64,000 nt of DNA from the NCBI GenBank assembly GCA_963816145.1, contig CAWFJP010000004.1, forward strand, positions 192,001 to 256,000, given 5' to 3'. Below, piece by piece: positions 11,209 to 19,448 of the stretch; the first letter of the stretch is position 1; every line of letters begins with the position of its first letter. The position numbers and the translations under genes are program-made. The DNA is from an uncultured delta proteobacterium (GTDB lineage Bacteria; Desulfobacterota; Binatia; UBA9968). The notes under the pieces were generated by a model. It was given only the letters and a program-made list of their open reading frames with translations, ran no database searches and was not told the DNA's origin.

Positions 11209-11268
11209 CCTTCCACCCTGACATAATTACGTTGCATAAGACCCTGTCAGATTCACTTTGCTACAACA

Positions 11269-11285
11269 ATTGACATCCGCGATAC
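11269..11285. repeat. Target-site duplication, right copy
   Basis: aTTGACATCCGCGATAC immediately follows the ACA end. Confidence 0.85.
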
Positions 11286-11336
11286 TTGACAGCCTTTCTG
11301 GTTCGGCAGTATGGTGCGCCAGTCTTGGAGGGGGTC

Positions 11337-11786
11337 ATGATTTTTGGCAATCATGAGGAAGGCTTCTCTGCGATTGAGCTGGCCGTTGTGCTAGTTCTCA
11401 CCGGTCTACTCGCGGCCATCGCTTTGCCGCGTTGGCGAGGGCTGGTTCAAAGTTTCGAACTCAACAACTCGGCTCGGCAAATCCAATCCGAACTGCACAA
11501 TCTCAAGTCCCGCGCCGCTGCTGAGAACGTCAGCTTCCAAATGGCTTATAGCCAGGGGGCGACCGGTTATACGATTCAGCGCGATAACGTTGCGGTGGCC
11601 ACCAAACCATTGGCAGAGGGTACAACCATAACCAAGGCGGGCCGGATCACTTTCTGGCCTAGAGGCACTGCGGTGGCTAATCGGGTGCGCTTGCTCGATG
11701 CCCAAGGGGTTTGTCGGCAGATTGTCGTGAGCCCGACGGGTCGAGTGCGCTGGTGCACACCAAGCAATTGCGCAGGAGATTGCTGA
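11337..11786 (+). CDS. GspH/FimT-family minor pilin (cluster 2)
   Basis: EEG|FSAIELAVVL; C-terminal IVVSPTGRVR; GGAGG RBS before ATG 11337. Confidence 0.85.
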   Translation: MIFGNHEEGFSAIELAVVLVLTGLLAAIALPRWRGLVQSFELNNSARQIQSELHNLKSRAAAENVSFQMAYSQGATGYTIQRDNVAVATKPLAEGTTITKAGRITFWPRGTAVANRVRLLDAQGVCRQIVVSPTGRVRWCTPSNCAGDC

Positions 11787-11787
11787 G

Positions 11788-12201
11788 ATGCTCCGCTTAC
11801 GCAGTGGTCGCAAGTTTAATCAACGCGGTTACACCTTTAACGAACTCTTAGTCGCGATGGCTATTGGTGTGGCGTTCGTGATGAGTGCGGCGTTGAACAC
11901 GGCGTCGATGTTTCGCCAGCAGGCAGTAAATAGCAACGCGACGATCGCCTTGCAACTGGCTCAGGACAAACTTGAAGAGCTGCACGCGCGGCGTAAGCCC
12001 GCTGATGAGAACCGTTGCCCTGGTGGTGGTGATGTCGGGCTTTCTGCCAGTGGCGCTACGGGCGGTCGGTTCGACCGCTGTTGGCGGATCCAATCATCAC
12101 CCCTCGGCGCGAATCTCAAACAAGTCGACGTCACGGTGACTTGGCTCGATCTACAACCTAGTGAAGTGACGCTATCGGCGTTGATTTTCGTGGGGTCGTG
12201 A
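11788..12201 (+). CDS. PilV-like minor pilin (cluster 2)
   Basis: QRG|YTFNELLVAMAI; LAQDKLEEL; KQVDVTVTW. Confidence 0.85.
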   Translation: MLRLRSGRKFNQRGYTFNELLVAMAIGVAFVMSAALNTASMFRQQAVNSNATIALQLAQDKLEELHARRKPADENRCPGGGDVGLSASGATGGRFDRCWRIQSSPLGANLKQVDVTVTWLDLQPSEVTLSALIFVGS

Positions 12202-12845
12202 TGGCGAAATTGCTCGAAGCTCACGGCATGACCCTGATCGAACAGGTGATCGCCCTGGGATTGGGCGCGCTGATGATGACCGTACTGTTCGGCTACTTCC
12301 GTTCAGAAATTTTTCATTTGCGGTCGCTTGAAACTCGGACGACGACGATGGAAGACGCGCGTGGGGCGCTGGATATCATGATTCGTGATCTAAAGAACGC
12401 CGGCTCCTGGGGCACCGGGAGCGCGCCGGCGGAAACTGGTAGCATGGACGATCCTGACGGCGATGCCGATTCTCTTTGCAACCGGGTTTACTTGGCGACG
12501 GCAAACCGGCTTCATGTGCAAATGGACCTCAATGGAAATGGCAACTGCGCCGATCTCGATCCGAGAGAAAACATTCGCTACGAATTGACCGGTCCAACTG
12601 CCTCCTGCCCCGGCTCAACGATTATTCGGCGCAACGGTGATTGCCTGGTGGCAAACGTCGTCGCCGGGCCGGCGGTATTGTTTACTTATTACGACGGCGC
12701 GGGCAACGCTCTTGGCGCGACGCCGAACCTGTCCACTATTCGCCGCGTGCGCATCGCATTTTCCGTGCAGGTGAAAAATCCAGATTCTAGAGTCGGCGAT
12801 AACCTGACCACGTTGCTGTCGAGCAGTGTAGAATTTCGCAATTAG
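12198..12845 (+). CDS. PilW-like minor pilin (cluster 2)
   Basis: AHG|MTLIE; ARGALDIMIRDLKNAGS; IRRVRIAFSV. Confidence 0.85.
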   Translation: MMAKLLEAHGMTLIEQVIALGLGALMMTVLFGYFRSEIFHLRSLETRTTTMEDARGALDIMIRDLKNAGSWGTGSAPAETGSMDDPDGDADSLCNRVYLATANRLHVQMDLNGNGNCADLDPRENIRYELTGPTASCPGSTIIRRNGDCLVANVVAGPAVLFTYYDGAGNALGATPNLSTIRRVRIAFSVQVKNPDSRVGDNLTTLLSSSVEFRN

Positions 12846-12854
12846 CTAAGATCT

Positions 12855-14024
12855 ATGAAACGCTTGCGCAACCTGATTTTCGGCCAGAGCGGTATCGTGC
12901 TTGCTGGGTCTCTGATGATCCTCTGCGCGCTGGCCGTCGCCGGCTTGGCCGCACGGCTGATGCTGCAAAACGATCACCGTACCGCAGCAAATCTACGCCA
13001 TGGTTCGCAAGCGTTTTACCTGGCGGCTTCCGGCATCGAATGGGGTAAGAGCGAGTTACTATCTTTCACCGGGCTAACGCCGGCACCCGCTGACCGGTCT
13101 GTGAATTTCAGTAATGGAAGATTTTCGGTCTTCTTCGTATCGGCGTTGAGCGTTGGCCCGCTGTCAGCACAGTTTGTCGTGCGATCTTTGGGGGTCTTAA
13201 ACAGCGATTCGCATGTGCTCCAGTCGGGGTTAACCAAGAGTTACGATCTCAGCGATAGCGCACTCGGCCTGCGCGGCAATATCCAGGCGGTCAATTTTGG
13301 CGCCACGGTTGTTACCATTTCCGGGGTCGATCATGACCCTGTTAGCGGTCAGCCCACCGGTGTCACCACCGTACTTCCGGCAGTTTCGACGGATTCTCCG
13401 TCGATGTACGATCTGGTGCGTGCACAGACAGCGAGCTTGCCCGTGGGCAGTCTGCAAAGCGATTCGGGCGCTCCGGCGGTGGCGCCGAGCAGTCACCTTA
13501 CCTCGGCCACACTTAGTCAGCTCGCCGACCAACTTTGCGCCGCTCAGGGAGCCGTTACCCTTACCATACCAAGTTCTGGTACGCTCACTTTGGCAAGCCA
13601 GAGTTGGGGAACGCCGGCAACGCCGCAACTTCGCTGCATCGATGGACTGTCCGTTACGGGGGATGGCGTGACATTGTCCGGCGATTCCACCGGTGCCGGG
13701 ATCCTCATCGTCAGAAATGCAGATCTGCTCTTGAACGGGGTGTTTCGCTGGGAAGGTTTGATCATCGTCACTGGCAGTGATGTGGGTGTCAAAGCGGGAG
13801 CGTCGAGCAGTACGAATATATTCGGATCGATTATACTCAACGAGACCGGCAACCCGGCACTTGGAGCGGCTAACCTGGACCTTCAGGGCAGTTTTCGGTC
13901 AATCTTTAGTCGCTCGGCGCTAAACCGTGCCGCTGGCGTGATTCCTATCAGCGAGCTTGGTGCGGTTTACGCTAGCCTACCGGCTTCGATTAGGCAGGAT
14001 TATTGGCGATCGGTGAGTCCGTGA
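12855..14024 (+). CDS. PilX-like minor pilin (cluster 2)
   Basis: QSG|IVLAGSL (no E5); AFYLAASGIEWG; GAGILIV...WEGLIIV. Confidence 0.85.
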   Translation: MKRLRNLIFGQSGIVLAGSLMILCALAVAGLAARLMLQNDHRTAANLRHGSQAFYLAASGIEWGKSELLSFTGLTPAPADRSVNFSNGRFSVFFVSALSVGPLSAQFVVRSLGVLNSDSHVLQSGLTKSYDLSDSALGLRGNIQAVNFGATVVTISGVDHDPVSGQPTGVTTVLPAVSTDSPSMYDLVRAQTASLPVGSLQSDSGAPAVAPSSHLTSATLSQLADQLCAAQGAVTLTIPSSGTLTLASQSWGTPATPQLRCIDGLSVTGDGVTLSGDSTGAGILIVRNADLLLNGVFRWEGLIIVTGSDVGVKAGASSSTNIFGSIILNETGNPALGAANLDLQGSFRSIFSRSALNRAAGVIPISELGAVYASLPASIRQDYWRSVSP

Positions 14025-14213
14025 AAGTCGCAATGAGTTTAATTTACATTACCGGCGTAAGGTGCTAAATTACCGTTCTATAAGGGTTTGAGTGCGATTC
14101 ATGGGTCAATGGATGGGCGCGTCGACGGGCCCAAAGATTTTTCTGAAATCCTCAGCCCAATCGTGTAAAATAACCGAATCGATTCTACGGTGGCGGTGTA
14201 ACAGGGAGAGCGC

Positions 14214-14606
14214 ATGGATACCAAAAAGACCATAATGGTGGTTGACGATAATCCGGATATCATCACAATCGTCAAAACCATTTTGGAAGGCAGGGGGTTT
14301 ACCGTTTTCAACGCCTCGAGCGGCCTCGAGTTGCTGAACATGCTGCCGAATCAAAAGCCCGATCTGATCATTCTCGACATCATGATGCCGGAGATGGACG
14401 GGCTTGAGGTGCTAACTCGGCTTAAGGGCAAGACCGAGACCTCGACGATTCCGGTAATACTCCTGACCGCCAAGGTGCAATACGAAGACGTTCTCGGCGG
14501 GTACAAGTTGGGGGCGGACTACTACATCACCAAGCCATTTACCAGCACTCAACTGGTCAATGGCATTAATTTGCTCCTCGGCGAAGGTAAAGCCGTCGCC
14601 AGCTAA
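14214..14606 (+). CDS. Single-domain response regulator (CheY-like receiver)
   Basis: VVDD, PDLIILDIMMPEMDG, LLTAK, YITKPF. Confidence 0.92.
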   Translation: MDTKKTIMVVDDNPDIITIVKTILEGRGFTVFNASSGLELLNMLPNQKPDLIILDIMMPEMDGLEVLTRLKGKTETSTIPVILLTAKVQYEDVLGGYKLGADYYITKPFTSTQLVNGINLLLGEGKAVAS

Positions 14607-14638
14607 TTCATACTGCTAGTTATTTTTCGGTTCCCCGG

Positions 14639-14676
14639 CCCAGACAAGAGCGCGATTTGCATCTTGTCTGGGTTTT
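14639..14676 (+). terminator. Intrinsic terminator
   Basis: CCCAGACAAGA...TCTTGTCTGGG stem followed by TTTT. Confidence 0.65.
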
Positions 14677-14693
14677 CTTCATTCTCCTAATGC

Positions 14694-15335
14694 ATGGTTC
14701 GTTTTTTGACCATCGAAGGCGGTGACGGCACCGGTAAAACCACCCAGATTCGAGCCCTCGAGGCCTATCTGATTTCTCGGGGTAAGGCTTGTTTAGTTAC
14801 CCGGGAGCCTGGCGGCACCGAACTTGGGGTGATGCTTCGTCGTGTACTTCTGGAAACCAGCGGGGCATCGATAGCACCAGCGAGTGAATTGTTTCTCTAC
14901 TTGGCCGACCGGGCGCAGCATGTCAGCGAAGTGATTCTCCCCGCGGTGGCTGCCGGTAAGATCGTCTTGTGCGACCGTTTTACCGATTCCACTCTGGCGT
15001 ATCAGGGATATGGGCGCAGTATGGATCTGGCTTTGTTGCGCCAGTTCAACAGGGTTGCTGACGGCGGCATGCGCCCCGATTTAACCTTGCTACTCGATTG
15101 TCCGGTTGACGTTGGTTTGGGCCGCACTGCTAGCCGGCTGGCGCAGTCTCAAGTCGACGCTCCAAAGGAGGATCGCTTCGAGCGCGAAAAGTTGGAGTTT
15201 CATGAGAAGGTTCGCGCCGGGTTTCTCGCGCTCGCTATGCAAGAGCCGGAGCGGTTTCGGGTCATCGATGCGGCGCGGCCGGCGGCGGATGTTTCGATTG
15301 CGATTCGCACGATTGTCGACGAGGCGCTGAAATAA
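14694..15335 (+). CDS. tmk: Thymidylate kinase
   Basis: IEGGDGTGKTT, TREPGGT, LCDRFTDSTLAYQGYGR. Confidence 0.95.
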   Translation: MVRFLTIEGGDGTGKTTQIRALEAYLISRGKACLVTREPGGTELGVMLRRVLLETSGASIAPASELFLYLADRAQHVSEVILPAVAAGKIVLCDRFTDSTLAYQGYGRSMDLALLRQFNRVADGGMRPDLTLLLDCPVDVGLGRTASRLAQSQVDAPKEDRFEREKLEFHEKVRAGFLALAMQEPERFRVIDAARPAADVSIAIRTIVDEALK

Positions 15336-16324
15336 TGGCATTGGGCGAAATCATCGGCCATCGCCGGCAACTGGAGATATTGCGCCTCGCTTTGAAGAGC
15401 GGGCGGCTGCACCATGCTTATCTGTTTGTCGGTCCGGAAGGGATCGGTAAGCGCACTCTGGCGATCGCGCTGGCGAAAGCCGTGCATTGCAGCGATAGTT
15501 CGGATGATTTTTGCGGCAGCTGCGTCAATTGCCGGCGCATCGCCGATGGCAACCATCCGGATGTGCGGATTATCGAACTGCTTGCCGGCAAGAAAGAAAT
15601 CTCGATCCAGCAGGTGCGCGAGTTTGAGCGCGAGCTCAATTATCGTTCATTCACGGGCAAGCGTAAAATTATGATCGTCGATCCGGCGACGTTGATGAAC
15701 TTGGCGTCGCAGAACGCGCTGCTCAAGACCCTCGAAGAGCCGCCGCAGGATTCGCTGATAATTCTCATCGCGCCGAGCGCCGGCGGGTTGCTACCGACGG
15801 TGCGCTCGCGTTGTCTGCGCATTTCCTTCGCCCCGTTGGCGCGCAGTGATGTGGTCCAATATCTGCGCACACAACAGGGGATGAGCGGCGACGAAGTCGA
15901 GTTTCTCGCGGCCTTGAGCATGGGCAGTATCGGCGCAGCCATGGGGCTCGTAAAAGATGTGTTGATCGAGAAGCGGCGAGTTTGGGCTGGCATCCTCGGG
16001 GCGTTGAAAGCCGGCGATTATCAAGCGGCGGTGGTTGCGGCGGAGGCATTGGCTGGCAACCGCGACGAAGCGCTCAAGTTTCTCGCTTGGGCGCAAAGCT
16101 GGTTCCGCGATCTGTTGCTGTATGGGGTCACCGGCGACAGCGGGGAACTGGTCAACTTGGATCTGCTTGAGCAAATCGCCGGACAAGCGGCGCCGGCAAA
16201 GAGTGAGCAGCGCATCGCGGCGCTGACCGCGAGCCAGCGAGCGGCGGCGGCGATCCAGCGTAATCTCAATCGCCGCCTGGTTTTGGAGAAATACTTGCTT
16301 GGGGTCGTAAAGGGACTGTCATGA
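15335..16324 (+). CDS. holB: DNA polymerase III delta' subunit
   Basis: HAYLFVGPEGIGK, zinc-binding Cys cluster, NALLKTLEEPP, TVRSRC; follows tmk. Confidence 0.93.
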   Translation: MALGEIIGHRRQLEILRLALKSGRLHHAYLFVGPEGIGKRTLAIALAKAVHCSDSSDDFCGSCVNCRRIADGNHPDVRIIELLAGKKEISIQQVREFERELNYRSFTGKRKIMIVDPATLMNLASQNALLKTLEEPPQDSLIILIAPSAGGLLPTVRSRCLRISFAPLARSDVVQYLRTQQGMSGDEVEFLAALSMGSIGAAMGLVKDVLIEKRRVWAGILGALKAGDYQAAVVAAEALAGNRDEALKFLAWAQSWFRDLLLYGVTGDSGELVNLDLLEQIAGQAAPAKSEQRIAALTASQRAAAAIQRNLNRRLVLEKYLLGVVKGLS

Positions 16325-17853
16325 GCTCGGTTTATATCACAACACCATTGTTCTATGTGAATGCGGAACCTCATTTGGGCAGTACCTATACGATGGTGAT
16401 CACGGACACGTTGGCGCGGTACTACCGGGCTAAGGGCCATGAGACGTTTTATCTGACCGGTACCGACGAGCATGGTGACAAGATCGCTCAGGTCGCCGGG
16501 GAAGCCAAGGTCTCGGAAAAAGAGTTTACCGACCGGGTCAGCGCGGCGTTTCGCCGCATCTGGGACGATTGCGGCATTACCTACGATTACTTCATCCGCA
16601 CCACCGACGCCCATCATGTGCGCTTTGTGCAGGAAGTCTTGCAGCGGGTCTACGATGCCGGCGATATTTATTTCGACAAGTATGGCGGGCTTTATTGCGT
16701 CGGTTGTGAGCGCTTCTACACCGAAAAAGAGCTGCGCGACGGCAAATGTCCGGACCATCTGACCGAACCCACGCTGATCGAGGAAGAGAATTATTTCTTC
16801 CGCATGAGCAAATATCAGGACCGGTTGCGCGAACATCTCGTAACCCATCCGGATTTCATCCGCCCCGAGGGCTACCGCAACGAAGTGCTCGGCATGCTGC
16901 GCGAGCCCATCGGCGATCTGTGCATCTCGCGGCCCAAGAGCCGGCTCGACTGGGGCATTGGCATTCCGTTCGACGAGCGCTACGTCACTTACGTGTGGTT
17001 CGACGCGTTACTGAATTATGTCAGCGCTCTCAAGTGCCATGGCGAAGAGACTTTTCAAAAGTTCTGGCCGGCGGCCGAGCACTTCATCGGCAAAGACATC
17101 GTCAAACCGCACGGCGTATTCTGGCCGACCATGCTGATGGCGGCGGGAATTCCGCTCTACAAGCACCTCAACGTTCATGGATTTTGGACCGTCGAAGGTC
17201 AAAAGATGTCGAAGAGCTTGGGCAATACGGTGGCGCCGTTGGAAGTGAAAGCCGAGATCGGCATGGACGCCTTTCGCTATTTTCTTTTGCGCGAAAGCGT
17301 GTTCGGCCAGGACCCGGACTTCCGCCACGAGAGTTTGATCACGCGGTACAACACCGATCTCGCCAACAACCTCGGCAACTTCGTCAGCCGAGCGCTGGCC
17401 ATGCAGCAAAAATATTTTGCCGGCGTTGTTCAGCCGCTCGGTGAAGATTGGCCGACGGAGGATCGCGAGCTGCGCGATAAGTTCGCTCAAACCGAAAAGG
17501 ACATTGACGTCTACATGCGCGACTTGTTGTTCCATCGCGCCTTGGAGTCGGTGATGGCCGCCCTCGACCATGCCAACCGCTACATCGTGCAGATGGCGCC
17601 GTTTACCATGATCAAGGACCCCGCCAAGCAAGCGCGCGTCGGCGCAGTGCTGCATCATTTGCTCGAAGTGGTGCGCACGCTAGCGCGGCTGTTGGCGCCG
17701 TTCCTGCCGGACACGGCGCGCGAGCTGCGCGCGCTACTGGCGCTCGATGAGGCGGCTGTGAAGGCGCCTTGGGGGCAGGGATTTGCCGCGGGCCATAAAG
17801 TCAACGCGCCGAAAGTTTTGTTTCCGCGCATCGATACCGACGCCAAGAAATAG
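16321..17853 (+). CDS. metG: Methionyl-tRNA synthetase (short form)
   Basis: YITTPLFYVNAEPHLG, TGTDEHG, YVWFDAL, GKDI, KMSKS, LFPRI. Confidence 0.96.
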   Translation: MSSVYITTPLFYVNAEPHLGSTYTMVITDTLARYYRAKGHETFYLTGTDEHGDKIAQVAGEAKVSEKEFTDRVSAAFRRIWDDCGITYDYFIRTTDAHHVRFVQEVLQRVYDAGDIYFDKYGGLYCVGCERFYTEKELRDGKCPDHLTEPTLIEEENYFFRMSKYQDRLREHLVTHPDFIRPEGYRNEVLGMLREPIGDLCISRPKSRLDWGIGIPFDERYVTYVWFDALLNYVSALKCHGEETFQKFWPAAEHFIGKDIVKPHGVFWPTMLMAAGIPLYKHLNVHGFWTVEGQKMSKSLGNTVAPLEVKAEIGMDAFRYFLLRESVFGQDPDFRHESLITRYNTDLANNLGNFVSRALAMQQKYFAGVVQPLGEDWPTEDRELRDKFAQTEKDIDVYMRDLLFHRALESVMAALDHANRYIVQMAPFTMIKDPAKQARVGAVLHHLLEVVRTLARLLAPFLPDTARELRALLALDEAAVKAPWGQGFAAGHKVNAPKVLFPRIDTDAKK

Positions 17854-17867
17854 CGGCTTTTCCAACC

Positions 17868-18639
17868 ATGTTGATCGACAGCCACGCCCATATCCAGGGG
17901 AAAGAATACGCCGGGGAAGCCGAGGCGGTGATCGCCCGTGCGCATGAGGCTGGCGTCGAGGTGATCGTCGCGGTGGGCGGCGCCGGCGATATGTCGAGCA
18001 ACTCGGGCGCGGTACGTTTGGCGAATTCCTTTCCTAACGTATATGCCACCGTCGGCATGCATCCGCATGACGCTAAAGATGTCGGCGTTGATGAGTTGGC
18101 AGTGCTAAAAAACTTGGCAGCGGATTCCAAAGTCGTTGCCATCGGCGAGACCGGTTTGGATTACTATTACAGTCATTCGCCCCATGACGTGCAGCGGCGC
18201 GTGTTCGGCCAATTCATCCACATGGCGCGCCAGACCCAGTTGCCAATCGTCGTCCACGAGCGCGACGCGGCACAGGATGCGGCCGAAATGTTGCGCGGCG
18301 AAGGGGCCGGCGAGCTGCGTGGTGTGATTCACTGTTTCACGGGGAATTACCAAGCCGCGTGCGCTTACCTTGATCTAGGTTTCTATCTCTCCTTCACCGG
18401 CATCATCACCTTCAAGAACGCTGACGCCCTGCGCGAGGTTGTCCGGGAAGTTCCGCTGGACCGCGTATTGGTTGAAACGGATTCTCCCTATCTCACCCCG
18501 GTGCCCCATCGCGGCAAACGCAACGAGCCCGCATATCGTTCGCTTCGTCGCCGAAACCATCGCCAAGGTTAAGGACATTGCGTTCAACGAGGTTGCTCAG
18601 CTCACGACTGCTAACGTTAAACAGCTGTTCCGCATTTGA
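17868..18639 (+). CDS. tatD: TatD-family nuclease; frameshift near 18535
   Basis: IDSHAH, GMHPH, IGETGLDY, IHCFT, ETDSPYL, RNEP. The C-terminus (VRFVAETIA...NVKQLF) is in another frame. Confidence 0.9.
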
Positions 18640-18713
18640 CCCCCGGATTAGGCAGTCGTATGCTGCGCTTGCGGGCGGATCGCCACTACTAATGTTTCTT
18701 GAGGAGGACTAGT

Positions 18714-19191
18714 ATGAAAGGGAACGCAGAAGTCATTAAGGCGTTGAATGAAGTTTTGCGGAAAGAATTGACGGGAATCAATCAGTACTTCATTCATTCT
18801 AAGATGTGCAAGAATTGGGGCTATGCGGTGTTGGCCGGAGTGGCATGGAAAGAGTCTATCGAAGAAATGAAACATGCTGATCAGATTATCGAGAGAATTC
18901 TTTTTCTCGACGGCATTCCCAATCTTTCCGCTTACGATAAGATCAGCGTTGGTTCTACCGTGAAGCAGCAGTTGGAGAACGACCTGGGGCTGGAAGAGGG
19001 GGCCCTGGTGGTTTTAAAAGCCGGCATTAAAGACCTGCTTTGAGGCCAATGAGCACGCCAGCCGGGAACTGTTGGAGCATATTCTCGTCGATGAAGAAGA
19101 GCATGTCGACTGGATCGAATCGCAGCTGCATCAGATCAAAGAAGTGGGTTACGAGAATTATCTGGCGCAGCAGATGTTCAAAAAAAGCTAA
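18714..19191 (+). CDS. bfr: Bacterioferritin; frameshift near 19030
   Basis: MKGNAEVIKALN...ELTGINQYFIH...EEMKHA. Removing one A in ATTAAAGACC gives TCFEANEHASRELLEHILVDEEEHVDWIE...YLAQQ. Confidence 0.9.
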
Positions 19192-19448
19192 TCGGACGAC
19201 AAAGACTTTTCTCCTTTGTCGGTGATGTGCCACAGTCGTGAAGCATGACTCGACGGGCAGGTTGGCTGGAGCGCGCAGTGTTGGCAGGGCTGGGTACAGC
19301 CGAGCACCGTGCGCTCGAGGTAGCCAAGCTGTTCCAACTGCTGGATCATCTGGCGTACACCATCGATGCTCACGCCGAGATCGCGCGCTAGAGCGGCGTT
19401 GTCGATCGTTGAGCGGTCGCGCGTAAGCCGTAAGAGTTTCCTAAGCAT
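19188..19448 (-). CDS. feoC: FeoC-like winged-helix, Cys-rich protein
   Basis: ALARDLGVS...LEQLGYL helix-turn-helix plus CxxxCxxC...C; follows feoB. Confidence 0.75.
   Translation of the reverse strand: MLRKLLRLTRDRSTIDNAALARDLGVSIDGVRQMIQQLEQLGYLERTVLGCTQPCQHCALQPTCPSSHASRLWHITDKGEKSLSSD

Larger units (their letters stand above)
6889..11268 (-). mobile_element. IS1202/ISNCY-like element, non-autonomous, with Tad-pilin cargo
   Basis: Inverted ends TGTCGTAGCAAC...AATCT...GCAACG...TATGTCAGGGT (from 6889) and TGTTGTAGCAAA...AATCT...GCAACG...TATGTCAGGGT (reverse strand from 11268). Flanked by the direct repeat TTGACATCCGCGATAC. Contains a transposase remnant. Confidence 0.85.

Noticed and set aside
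16321-17853. Short MetRS lacking the C-terminal tRNA-binding domain
   Set aside because: A known, widespread MetRS form.
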